64,000 nt of DNA from Lepidodermella squamata (Eukaryota > Animalia > Gastrotricha). Shown piece by piece: positions 1-11,873 of this stretch; within the stretch, counting starts at the first letter, position 1, and every line of letters begins with the position of its first letter. Below the pieces are notes generated by a model, which saw nothing but the letters and a program-made list of their open reading frames with translations, was not told where the DNA came from and ran no database searches. The position numbers and the translations under genes are program-made. The stretch covers positions 2,108,001-2,172,000 of the forward strand of contig JBLDXI010000007.1 of NCBI GenBank assembly GCA_047495785.1, read 5' to 3'.

Positions 1-1814
1 GCGCAGCGGTACCCTTGCACATTTTACTTGAATACAAAGGCTATTTCGCAAAATTGCTCTTCTATTGTTGCCCAAAATCAAAAGTTGTTGAAACAGCAGC
101 TTTTTCGGCGCCGTTGATTTCCCAAAATTCCTATGCGGCACGGTATGGAGAAATAAATTTGGATTTTCTCGATGAAGTCTCTGAATCCAATTCGAAAATC
201 GGTGGGAATTCGACTCCTACTTCAGAAATCGAGGGGAATCCGACTACTTCAGGTTAGTTCAAGCTTCAAGCTATTATTCGCTGAGAGTACGTTGGTTTTT
301 TCCGTACCATTATAGCGTTATATAAATTATTTGAAATCAGGCATTCGAATACTCATGAATTTTTCTTTGGATTGTATTTTTACTACCTACTTACTGCAAG
401 CGTCGTCTCAACGCTCAACCCCTCTTTCAAATATATATTTTTTCAGATGGACTAGTTTCCTGCATTCAAAGTCCCAAAGTGAGCACTGATGTGACTACTG
501 ACCCCTCTGCTGTGCGAATCGCACCTCACGCCAGTCGATCATTCAAGATTGTCGTGAAATCCAAACCCTCATCGGAACCTCAGAAGTTGATCTGTCAGGC
601 ATGCGGGAAGATTTACAAAAAGAAAGCCTGGCTTGCGAAACACGAGGCGAAACACGCTGCCCTGAACAAAAATCTGATTGCGAGATTTGCGGACGAATCT
701 GACAATGAAGTCGATAAAAGTTTTCGAGAAAGACTGCAGCAAATGACGTTTGAGACAAAAAATCCACCTCCTGTTGAACCGAATGATATTTTAAACTGGG
801 CTACAACAGAGCCTCGTTTCATCGATCCAAGTGACAGTGCTGGAGCCTTCATTTGGCCGGATAATGGTGGTCGCGATAGCCTCCAAGTTGTAACCAAAGC
901 AACTGTTGCTTTAGATAGCATCGCGTTGGCTTTATTCGACGCCAAAGAGTTGTTATGCGATGGTACATTAAAGAGCTATCTGCGAGCTCATCGCGGCTCT
1001 CGTCTGCAGGACATACACAACAACAGGGCCGAGTTTGTGAAGCATACTTTCCCTGAAGTTGCTCATATTCGAGGAGACGGCTGTGTTGTTTACGACCTGG
1101 AAAGATTGTCTTTGGTTGAAGTTTGCCGAACGATCTTTCAGCGCCAAAACTGCGGATTGGGCCATGGAATTAGCCGCCTTTACAATCCGGTGTTGGTAGT
1201 CGAAAGCGCGGAAAACAACCCGTTTGTTGATATAACACCCTTGAGAATTTGATCGCACTTAAATTCCACCGATTTTTTTAGATTTCGAGAAGACGCCGCA
1301 CAGTCCCTTCAAGATTTACTCGACGGATTATTTTTGAATCGTGTGAATTCCACCAGGTAATATTTGGAAATAGTCGGTGAATAATAAATTAATTATTTAA
1401 TCATCTATTTGATCCAGAGAGCAGCAACCGCAAATCACATTTGCGACGGTTCTCTTCCCGTGCCGGTTATAGCAATTGGCATAGTGCCGCCGATCGCAAT
1501 CCCCGACGTATTCCGAGGCGAAACGATGATGCTCCAGTTCCAAGCAACTCGGTATAGCTCCTAAAGGCTAATTGGTCGCAAATTCATGAGACTTTTTTCA
1601 TTTATTAATCAGGTACCGCCTATCGTCTGTCATCGCCGAAGAAGTGGATAGCTCACGTTTGGCAGTCATAAAACCCGGCGAGAGGGGCGTTGATGTCTGC
1701 GTGCCCAATGAAAAGAGAAAAATCCTCGTCAGAGAAGACCGCGTCGAAGTCTCCGACATCCGATTTGATCTTTGGCATCCAAAGATGCTCATTTTCGCCT
1801 TAGCCAACGACTAG
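1..1814 (+). CDS. C2H2 zinc-finger protein with a possible degenerate USP/USPL1-like C-terminal domain; multi-exon, 5' end probably outside the window
   Basis: The exon ending at 252 (G|gttagt) splices in phase to the acceptor at 447. The ORF contains CQACGKIYKKKAWLAKHEAKH (CX2C-X12-HX3H). Further exons lie at ~1282-1356, ~1418-1551 and 1613-1814 (ending YRLSSVIA...PKMLIFALAND*). Internal splice choices are uncertain. Confidence 0.6.
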
Positions 1815-2369
1815 AAATTGATCACCAAATCGCTTCCAAATTCGAGACAAATTAGCAAATTATAATTCTCTTATTCGTGAGCTCAACTTTTTAATGAAAC
1901 ATTTTTTCGAAGTCGAGGTATTTCAGCAATCATATCTCTCATGTGCAAATTGAAAATAAATTTCGATTTTAAGGTTTTATTATGTATGAAAACTTTTTTG
2001 ATGACGGAGATACAGAGATACGGAGATTATTAATTTTGCCGTTTTTCAGCCAAAATTTTTCATCAATAAGGAGCATCGAATCGCTAAATGAATATCATAA
2101 CAAGATTCAGCATATAGTCGAATTAATAATTCCTCAAAGACTGGCGCTCATAACAGCTGTGCCGAGCACAGAAGCTGCAAAAACATGTCTCGAAACACCC
2201 TATTTTAAATGAAAAGTGTCCCGAACTGGGTCATAACAGTTTCCAGTCTGAAATCTGACGCTGCCACTAGAATCAGCAGGGTCGAAAACTCTCATAACAG
2301 TCATCTGAGCACGAGAAGCCACATAATAACCGCAAAAGCTAAGAAAATTGTGTTGTGGACACCCTAAAA

Positions 2370-2533
2370 CTTGAAGTCACAAGCCAAATTTGGCTTCAGA
2401 GCGACAGGTGCACCGGGTATTGACAAAATTGGTGTCAATCGACTCCAATGAGCTATAACAACTTCCCCACAAAGCGGCAAGTCTATAACAGCGGTGGTTT
2501 TCACAGAAGCCAAATTTGGCTTGTGACTTCAAG
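2370..2533. repeat. Perfect 28-bp inverted repeat within a region of recurring (C/T)ATAACAG motifs; probable MITE or transposon remnant
   Basis: cttgaagtcacaagccaaatttggcttc at 2370-2397 and its exact reverse complement at 2506-2533. Each arm contains the palindrome aagccaaatttggctt. Confidence 0.7.
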
Positions 2534-3078
2534 GCAGTTATTATATAGTATTATGGTTTTGGCCTTAATGCAGACACAAAAATCCTTGCATACGAAGTAA
2601 GTTTGGTGAATATTACAATAACATTTTTCATTTTCAATTGAACAGTTGAAACAAAAAAATTGAGAATCGGGAAGAGGCGATTCCTTCAAAGCAATATGCC
2701 GTTAACGTGAAGTGAACACAGCGTGTTTTTCAACAATTCGTTGTTTAAATTTGCGGTTTCGGAGTGTAATTTTGGAGGGTGAAGACCGATTTTCTTGCGA
2801 TTTCAGCCACATTTCACCCTTGTTGGTGTTTAAAAATATCTCGTTTGGTGCTAAAAAATACATTTTTAAACTGCTCAGAAAAACACTGATGACCCTCTCC
2901 AACAATGAACAGGACAATCGCGACCTGAAAGCAGGCTGGGTTTCTTGTGTTTGAAAACTGAATTCATCCTTTTTTCCTGTGAAGTTAATGAAGATGCTCT
3001 GCGATGAGGTAAAAAACCGATTAAAGTTGAAATAATGACTACATAGTTCCTCTTTCTCTTTCCCTGTAGGTATAGGAA

Positions 3079-3350
3079 ACTTAGAAAGTTTGTCATACCA
3101 ATATTGAATTATAATTTTTGACAATAATTGAAGAATGCTAAGAATGTATATAGCATTTTCTGCCTTTGGATGGGGGCTGTTAGCTTTCAAGTTTTATAGT
3201 CCATCGTAGCTTCGAATGAGCCATTTTATCAGTGCTGAATCCTTGAGAAACTTGAGAAAGTTTGCCATCCCAATATGGAATGATAATTGTTGATAATAAT
3301 TGAAGATTCGAAGCTTCGGCAGAGCCCTTTTATCAGTGCTGAATCCTTCA
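3079..3350. repeat. Degenerate local direct duplications
   Basis: ~3079-3135 resembles ~3250-3305 (agaaagtttg...ccaatat.gaat.ataatt.ttga.aataattgaaga). ttttatcagtgctgaatcctt occurs at ~3224 and ~3328. Confidence 0.55.
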
Positions 3351-5215
3351 ACCTATAAATCTCTCTAGATAGTCTTCCTACCTTTCCTACCTCTGGCGAT
3401 TGCATTTCTACCGCCGATGTTCGTCGTTAAAGGTCAAACTTGGGCTCAAAAGGAAGCTCACGCGCAGCTGCGTTTAGATCCATCGACAATTGTTTCAATT
3501 TCACTTTAATTCTTGTCGATTTCCCATTTTATCTACAGGCTCAAAAACTTCGAAATGCATTTTGTATTATTTTGGAAAAATCATAAAATCACAAAGAAAT
3601 AACCATCTCGTTCATTTTAAAATTCTCTTCCAGGTTCCATCAACAAACTTGAGAGAAGCAGCTCGATCGAAGAAAAACCAGTTTCTTTGTTTTCTTTCTT
3701 ACCGAAATTTGTATATTTCTTCATGATTCAGCTGAACATCTGCGACCCATAGTGTTCCGCTCTTTCCTCGTGAGTAGTCAGTCTATCTTAAATTATATCT
3801 ATGGAAATCACTGGTGAGGGTAACATCTGCGTACTGCAAAAAGTTAATATCAATCAACCTAAAATTGAGCTTTATCTTCCAAAGTGATCATCTTAACTTG
3901 CCGCGCGAGCTCGTCAAATGACTCTGGGCGGTATCACGGTTGAGTCTAGAGTTGCTCATTGGTTTCCCTAATATTTTTGGGTTTTGCTTTTCGCGTATCA
4001 CCCAGCGGATGGTAAAACGCATGAATATTCTCACGTAACGTCCGGAACATTCAACATCTTGATTCCAGTTCTGACCAGATTGGTTATAGAAGAATGACTT
4101 ATTGTGTTGTTCTCAAACTTGCTCAATGAATTCGAGCACCCATTATTCCAGTGAAATATTGCATCTTCTAGGCTACGACTATCAATTTCACTTCCGTTCA
4201 CGCAGAAAACCGATTAAAAATGAAAAAATTTATTCGTCAAACATTTTGCGTATGCAAGGATTTTATGCATTGATAAAATCCTAGAGAATACTGTGGCTAA
4301 GTGCAAAAAGGTCTAACATAATTCCATCTAATACAGGCTGGTCGTTCTGACTCACACACGCCGCATTTATTAGATGTTTTTTATTTGAGCCGTAATCCAG
4401 TAAATATGCTTCACTAAATCTACAATTAGACACTCCAGTCTAGATCCGCCATGTAAATTTAACGAAAAATGATGAAATACGGTCGAAAAACTGTTTTAAA
4501 TTCTCCCAAGCTGGGTTTTCGCTTCTTAACAATTCTTGCCTGACAGTGCTTTTTGCTACACAATTGGTCAGGATTATTTTGTGCGAGAAATTCAATAGAA
4601 GTGTGAACTTGCATCCAGTTTTTGCTATTCATAATCGTTGCATTAATGTGGGCTGCGCGCCATCGAACGCGAATCGCCCTGAAGTGTACTTTTTAACGTC
4701 CGCAACTTTCGACGCAGCAATTGCCAATAGGCCACAGTTTTATAGAAATGCTGAAAGACATGACAATGATTAATCAAGATTCAAGATTATCTACATTAAT
4801 CGTGTAAGCCTTTGCAAGAAGCTTACAATGCGTTTAGAGAAAAATAACTAGCTTATACGTTGATGGCGTCCTAATCGCCCTAATTGATACGTCACGAGTT
4901 TATTTGTTCAAAATGCGAGGGACAAGGCACTTCTTGGAGTAGCGTGAATTAGAAAAAGTGAAAAGGTTCGCAAATTCAAACAATCAAGGTATTACTGAGC
5001 CCATAAGTGTACATTCTTGTGAATTTGTAAGAAATGGATTAACGATGAGAAGCGATCGTACCAATTGTTTTATGAAACTCGAACCTCGTCATGCTCGTAT
5101 CATCTAAAAGATGGAATAAAGGAGGCTGGATTGGAAACATTTGCACTTGAAGTAAGAAAAGTATATCAGGCGGTTATACACTGGGATAAAACATCATTGA
5201 TATCCAAGGAACATG

Positions 5216-6565
5216 TTAAATTGCATTGGCGGCAATCCAATCTAAGTGCGATGCCACACGGGTCTGAATGGTGTAGCCGGCGTAATTGCAGGCCATGGTG
5301 CTAATCGAAGTGATGCCACACAGCTTGTAATAGCCCTGCGAGTATGACATGACAGGGGCGCCAGAATCGCCTTGACACGCCGATACACCCGCATTTTCGT
5401 ATCCTTTTTAAAATAACTCGATTAGCAACGTTTTTACGCGGAAATAATCGCCATGCCTGTGCACATAATTGAGTCGGCTATCGCGAGTTTATATGGAGTT
5501 TGACAAGCCGCTTTGCCAACAATCGGCGTTGTGGTGTATCTCAGCACATGGGAAAAAGCCCCTTCGCGATTTGTGCGACCCCACCCTGACATTCAAAATC
5601 AAACAAGTAAAAATTCAAACCAAACGAGTTGATATTTACCAGCAGTCACAGCTGCCGTACCAACACTGCAATCGTCGGAAGCTGATGTTGGGAGGCAGAT
5701 TTTCTGAACAGCCCAGGTCGTGAAGTTCAGTGCAGCTGTAAAAACGTTTTTTTTTAATTAGTTTTTACAAATTATTGTTAGTAAATTTGAAAGTGAAACG
5801 AGTTATTGCAAAACGTACCTGACAATTTAACAAGTCCGATATCATTCACAAAATCGATACCGTATGAAGCGTGATACTTCCATGATGCAGCTTGTACCGT
5901 GAATTCGCCATCGGAGGCAGTTGTATTGTGTTCGGCGATGGTCACAGTAATGGACCTTGAAGAAAATATAAACTATATTGAAAGCTCTGGGGTTAGTTGC
6001 TATTCGGAGTTACTGGATATAATTGCCGAGGCAATGGGCTGCAGTTAACACATATCTAAGCGGAAGAACGAATATTATCGAGTCGAAAATTACCGTATTT
6101 CATCGATTAATAGCCTCCCTCGAACAATTGTGTTTTCGGAATTTTCGAGATTTCGGAATTTTTTAGCAATGGCTATTATTTGATGAAATACGGTAATTAG
6201 AAAGGGAAGTTGCTTGCCTTTCGCTTATGATACTGCCGGTGCAATAGCTTGTTTGCTTCAACCCTTGTACGGTCTCAGCAATGCTCAGACGCACAGCCCT
6301 GTTGCATACGTGAGCTACAGCAAAGAAGCGCTAATTTAAAAAATGCATACCATGGGAATTGATTCTGCTGAGCGACCGAGCCTCCGACGATACCGGCACC
6401 GGGGGCATCTCGACTGTTGTAGTACCTCGAATGGCCGCACGTTTTTGAAACAGTTGTCGGCGGGGGTGTCGATGGAACCAGCTGATCCATGACGGTTTTT
6501 ATCCAAGGCAGGGCCATATTGGCAACAGCAGCAGCAAAGCTGCCGCAGTAGCGCCGGGGTGAACC
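5216..6565 (-). CDS. Trypsin-family (S1) serine protease, multi-exon; preceded by the tail of a probable second, degenerate protease-like domain; 5' end unresolved (to ~6910)
   Basis: The spliced translation gives IVGGSVAQQNQFPW|AVRL...YCTGSIISER|YVLTAAHC...NDIGLVKL...KICLP...GWG...MCTG|YENAGVSACQGDSGAP...TRVASHLDWIAANAI*. The His/Asp/Ser triad is intact, with Ser at the S1-pocket position. Two introns need GC donors (6217 and 5456). Confidence 0.9.
6093..6193. mobile_element. Tc1/mariner(pogo)-type MITE, 101 bp, in a protease intron
   Basis: TIRs ccgtatttcatcgattaatagcc / ggctattatttgatgaaatacgg, flanked by TA at 6091-6092 and 6194-6195. Confidence 0.8.
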
Positions 6566-6959
6566 TTTGAGATTGAAGAGAACAATGATGGTAATTCTAC
6601 CTGGGAACTAACGGGTAAGGCCCGAATCGAGCCTGCTGTAATCTCTACGCATGCCAAGACCAAGATCCAAGACCAAGACCCACTGTAACCTCCCATATCC
6701 TCACCCAACGGGAGCACTAAGCGAACGGCGTTACCACACAGCGGCGTTGAATGCGCAACATGAAGAAAGGCACGCCTGGCAAGCGACAGCAGTGCTCGAG
6801 GAAGTAGACTCTGACGTAATATTCGTAGGACGGAATCTCAGGATGGCGTCCTGCGTCCTGCGCCTTGCGAAGGTAGCTGGGTAAACGGGGGAGACCAGTT
6901 AAGCACACCCTGTACAAAAGAGGTGACACCTCTAGCACCACCGATTCATACCGTACATA

Positions 6960-7096
6960 TGAGACCCGCCAAGCGATTTCGTCCCTTATTAATCATTTGA
7001 AAAGACAACATCTGGCGCATAGTCCCAATTGCACAACACCCACTTTTCGAATGATTGAACACCGAGAACAGGGCCGAAATCGCTTGGCGGGTCTCA
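6960..7096. mobile_element. MITE, ~137 bp, with ~26-bp TIRs
   Basis: tgagacccgccaagcgatttcgtccc / gggccgaaatcgcttggcgggtctca (1 mismatch), with TA on both sides. Confidence 0.75.
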
Positions 7097-7279
7097 TACC
7101 GTAGTTCTAAGCCACGACTACGGTAGAGCTCGGCGGCACGGTAATTCTTCAGCACGGTGCCGTAGTTTTAACTTGAACATTTTCTTCTATAGAAATGAAA
7201 GTTTCCAGAAACTGTCTTGTTTGAAACTAACGCGAAAAACAATTCAGGGACACCTTCAAAAGACTAGCATGTCCGGGAC

Positions 7280-7350
7280 TGCACGATAGCTCAGTTGATA
7301 AGGTGCCTGGCTTCGAGTGTTGAATTGAGGGTTCAAATCTCATCTGCTAC
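7280..7350 (+). pseudogene. tRNA-Arg(TCG)-derived remnant or SINE head
   Basis: A-box TAGCTCAGTTGA, GATAAGGTGCCTGGCTTCG (resembling eukaryotic tRNA-Arg GATAAGGCGTCTGACTTCG), B-box GGTTCAAATC and T6 at 7356-7361. The acceptor and anticodon stems do not pair, so this is not a functional tRNA. Confidence 0.65.
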
Positions 7351-7499
7351 TGTCATTTTTTCATTCTGTCCACCTACGATATCGTGCTAAATGGCAACGT
7401 GATCTGCGATTGAATATTAAATTTTCTGAGGTTCTTTAATTGATAATATTTACTCGACGCTTCCCATCGCGCCACAGCTTTGAGGAAGTTTACTGGAGT

Positions 7500-8180
7500 A
7501 TGGCTACACCAGCGAAGAAGCCATTTGGAATGACTGTCGAAGAGCGAGCGAAGAAGCTGCGGGTCGACGATCTTACGGTCGATCAAGTTGCTCTCGTCAT
7601 GCAGCTAATCCAGCAGTTACGCTCGGAGAATGCTGACACCGTTCCGTCGTCTCCCTGCCCGCCGACTGGGCAGTCCCCTCCTCACCTGTCTTCGTTCGGT
7701 GACCTTCAGATGTCTGTTGACAGTCCACCGTCCTCCCCACCCCCGTCGTCAAGTGGGGCGTCGAACCAGCCGTGGCAGCAAGCGTCGCCCAAGCGTAAAG
7801 TGGCGCGCAAGGAAGACCCGCCGCCGCCGCCGCCCCCGACACGTACATCTGCTCCCCACCCGTCTATTGGACCTCAAGAGGCGCCTGTCAACTACAAGGT
7901 CGTGATAATCGACCGCGTCACTGGCATGACTCGTGGAGAGCTCGAGCCAGAGTTGGTCCGCGTTGCGCCATGGCTGGCGCCCGTCGCTGTCGATGTCATG
8001 AGCAGCGGCGGCCTCCGCGTGAAGTGCGCCACTGCGACGGACGCTGACAAGCTACTCAAGCGTGCCGGCTTCCCTAAGGGTGCGTTTCGCGACTCAGACT
8101 TCCGCATTCACTATCCGGGCCGGCCTGACCCGACTGTGACCGAATCAGATCGCATTTTGAAAGACAAACGCTCGGCCATA
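7500..8180 (+). CDS. LINE ORF1 (gag-like), N-terminal part, broken by the insertion
   Basis: ATG at 7500 begins a Pro-rich ORF ending KDKRSAI. It is in the same frame as 11874-12674, and joining the two gives KRSAI-YLNRLP (RNP2-like). Confidence 0.8.
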
Positions 8181-8699
8181 TGATACCGCCAAATCTCGTC
8201 TCCACTCGCCTACCGGCTCGTTCCGCCTCGATTTCACTCGTTTCATTCGTTTTACTCGATCTATATTTCGTGCTTCACTCAAATATAGATTCCTATTCAT
8301 GTTATATCATACAAATATCGAATTGTCAAAGCTACTCGACCTATATTTCTGGCGACAATTCGGCGACAATATTTGTTAGTATTGTTAAAAGAACCATTTC
8401 GAACATTTTCGCTTTTTATTGGGTAAGATGGTGCATGTAGCTCTGGTAATATAGCCTTTGCGTTATTTGTTGCGAAGTCAATTATACCTTTATTCATATA
8501 ATATTATCAACATATTTATGATAGGTCTTTGGAATTCTCCATTCAAGCCTGGCGAGTAGTCCCGTATAACTATAATTTCCAGTATTATTAAACAACGATT
8601 CGTTGAAATAGTCGATATTTAATAGAAATTAGTCTAATCGAAACATTTCACCGACTAATTATCATCGTCCAGCATTCACCTAGTTAATAATTTTCTGGC

Positions 8700-10642
8700 T
8701 TATGGAAAAAGCCGTTTCCATAAAGGAGACGATCTCATCTTATCCATTAAAGCTTTGTCTACCTCTTTTTGTACATCCCCAATTATATGATCTATACTTG
8801 TGATTGGCTTTGGGTTGGAAGTTGCTAATTGCAGGATTTTCTCAATCAAATATTTACGCATGGTTACAACACGGGAAATGTATCTTCGTTTATACGTATC
8901 CTGATCAGACTTATCGAGCTCAATGTTCTGAATTATTTGTTCGTATAAATCCTGGTCGAAACACCCAAATCTGGCGAAGCCTTTGCGACAATATTTTACG
9001 ATTTGTGACAATTCCTCAGATTTCTCCCACTCGTCAAGCTTCCCCGAAGGATACTGGTCGCAGTGCGTGAGTACCATCATGCTGCATTCTGCAAGTTCAG
9101 GTCCCAAGAAGTCTCTTACTTTTTGAAACAAGTTCATGTCCATTATTTCCGTTCTTCCAGCCTCGGAAACAAACCAGACTGCATGCAGCTTAGTTATGTT
9201 GCATCGCAAGAATGTACTTATCAAGTGCAATAGACTTTCAACACTCGGCTCTGATCCATCACTGAAATATGCTTGGAAACCTGGCGTATCAATAAAGTTG
9301 ATCTGGTAACATTTATCGCGGACATTGATGGCGATTGGTGCCAAAACGGGATGTTTTGTTTGCGAGAAACCTTTTCTTGACGCGCCTATATAAGGATTTA
9401 TCAGTGTTTGAATGATTGTCGACTTTCCAACAGAGGTTTTTCCAAGAAGTAAAATATTGATTGATTGGCAATATTGTACCGTGAAATCTGGCTGGTGGTG
9501 ATCGGACATTGCCGCGATTTGTTTGGTTATGTATTGTTTTCCAATCACCTGATCCATTGAAGGTCTTACAATAGGATCACGTACCAATAACTCCTTAACA
9601 ATGAATTCTTTAAGTTCATCGCTAACATTAGCCGCAATCGGGGTAATGGGGTCACTCCGAATGTTACGAATCAGGCGCGGCACATCGAAAACGCCTCGTG
9701 CTGGTGGAAACTAAAGCAAAGAGCTGAAAAATTCGTGAGTAGTAAGAAAGAACAAAACTTACAGGCAGTGATAAAGCTGCTATTTCGTACACAACTACAC
9801 CGTAACTCCAAACTTCGCATTTTTCATCATATGTGATGTTTCCAGATTCCAAGGTCACTAGCTCTGGTGAGAAATGTGTGTATGTTCCAACTAAACCTTC
9901 AACCTGCTCACTTCGCATAAAAAGGAGTATAAAAAGGTACTGGAACTAAGTAAACACCTTGAATAACAGACCTGTCGAACGATTTAGCAATGCCGAAATC
10001 TCCCAATTTTATCGACCGGTTCTCCATTAAGAAGATATTCTGAAGGTCATAGTTTAAGGTTTAACAAACTAACACAAAATCCACTAACCTCTGTTTTGAC
10101 GTCACGGTGTAGGATGCGCTTACTGTGTAAATGCTTCAGAGCGACGGCAAGTTGAGCTGCCCATTTCGCGATGTCGCTTTCTGAGAAGGGCTTTCGACTT
10201 TGCTGTTCGATGGCGTCTTTTAAAGTACCATTTTTGAAAAACTCCATTAATATATGAAGCGTCGTGCACTCTTATTTTTCGAAAGTGATGTAGGAAAAGG
10301 TAGGTCATAAGCTTACAAATCAGTTTTACCAATGAAGTGACCAAAAACGTGTACCACGTACTCATGGGGAAGGACAGACATCATTTTAACTGCCTGAAAA
10401 TGATTATATGCTACATACAGAAAACATGTATATGTGATGAGACGATTGTTTACCTCTTTGCAAACCATATCTTTAACCTCTTGCTGTGAAAATTTAGTAA
10501 GATCAACTTTTTTTAGCGCAAGAGTAATTCCATCCCTCTTGCTTTTGACCATCCACACTTCTGTAGCTGCTCCAAAGCCTCCTTTTCTGATCTTACGGAT
10601 AGTTTCATACTCGTTAGAACTCCAGTCGGAAGAAGAATTCAT
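8700..10642 (-). CDS. NEK-like Ser/Thr kinase fused to a C-terminal AIG1/GIMAP-like GTPase; 6 exons
   Basis: Five GT-AG introns give a continuous frame. Kinase motifs: KGGFG, ALKKV, HFIECTTLHILMEF, HRDVKTENIF, KLGDFG, GTYTHFSPE, EVWSYGVVVYE, RDPIVRPS. GTPase motifs: GKTSVGKS (G1), SQT (G2), DTPG (G3), THCD (G4), followed by a helical tail. Confidence 0.88.
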
Positions 10643-10805
10643 GATTGGAACAGTCAAATGAAAGGAAACAGGAAGAAATCTCTTTATTGCACTCTCAAAG
10701 CACCTCTTATTAATACCCTACCATTTGCACAGCATATTTCTTTCGTTTAGTAAAGTTCTTATGAAAGTGTCTTATCTATTACGAAAGTTGCTATCCAACT
10801 GATTA

Positions 10806-11300
10806 CAGTGCTCTCTCGATATAAGCAACCCCGATAAGAGCTACTCGCTACTAGCAACTTTTCCTGGATCCCGTTGCTTTTATTTGTTAAAAAAATCTTT
10901 TTCGACAAATTAAAATTTTGTACATGATAATTTTTAATTTACATGAAGAATTTGTTTACGTTAGCAACAGAATTGTAACGCTGCTCCTGGCGTTTGTGAT
11001 TTTTCAGTTGGACGGCGGCGCGCCGTGATCACTTGATCTCCATCTTTACAGATCGATGTTTTTTATCTCAGCACTGGCTTCAATTTTGAGATCGTGCGCG
11101 CGTTTGCTCTCTCGTATTTTTTCATTCACAAACACTACACACTACTATACTAGCCAATGATGAGATTTTTTGAAGAATGATAGTGATTACGCTACGGTTC
11201 AGAAAAAATGATTTAAATAGCGATCAAAAGCAAACCGCTGATTATCTACTTTTTGACCAAAGAGTTGAGAACAGATATTCAAGCTTGTTGCATTCCATCA
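10806..11300 (+). mobile_element. Truncated pogo/Tigger-like element remnant
   Basis: TA|CAGTGCTCTCTCGATATAAGCAAC resembles a Tigger-type TIR start. No matching right TIR was found, so the right boundary is a guess. Confidence 0.35.
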
Positions 11301-11873
11301 AAGCACATCACGAGGAATTGCCGTGAATCTGTTTTAATTCAATAGAAATGTGAAAAAGTTAGGATGCAGCTTCGGCTCAAGATTCAAGCAAACTTCCAAC
11401 AAGATTTCAAAGCAAGTTTCGCCCCGAGTCCTTCAGTTTTTGTCACGGATTTATGAGAAAAGATGCGTTTCAATCTTGGATAGATTTAGGATCACATGCT
11501 CCTAGCCGAATTTTACCTAACATTGTTCGCTTATCCGCTAGTGTATCCATGGTTTGTCTTATTTGAACCTGATAGAATTGCTAAATTTAATTCTAATGAA
11601 GGCTTTCAAGCTTTGTTAACCTTCAAATTTCCAATTTTGGATCAATTAAATTAAAATGTCGCATTCCAATTAAATGGCTCTCAAATATCGCCGGGTAAAT
11701 TCGCGTAACCGAAGTGTCCTGATCATAAATGAAGAAATTATTCGATGAAATATTTTTCAGAAAATGTGAGAAAAAATGTCAGCCAGCTTAAAATACAATT
11801 GGAGTTCAAATGATCAAACTTTGCATATCAAATACTATCTACCACATCGAAAATAATTACATTAACACCAGAT

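Noticed and set aside
3927-3936. ggcggtatca as an inverted partner of the insert's left end
   Set aside because: The match is only ~10 nt, does not extend, and lies outside the insert.
1982-5100. Short AT-rich ORFs
   Set aside because: No recognisable domains, and the region contains degenerate repeats.
7280-7350. Functional tRNA-Arg gene
   Set aside because: The acceptor and anticodon stems do not base-pair, so it is kept only as a remnant.
8181-11873. The insert as a spliceosomal intron of LINE ORF1 or a canonical Helitron
   Set aside because: There is no GT/GC donor at the left junction and no TC...hairpin-CTRR ends on either strand.
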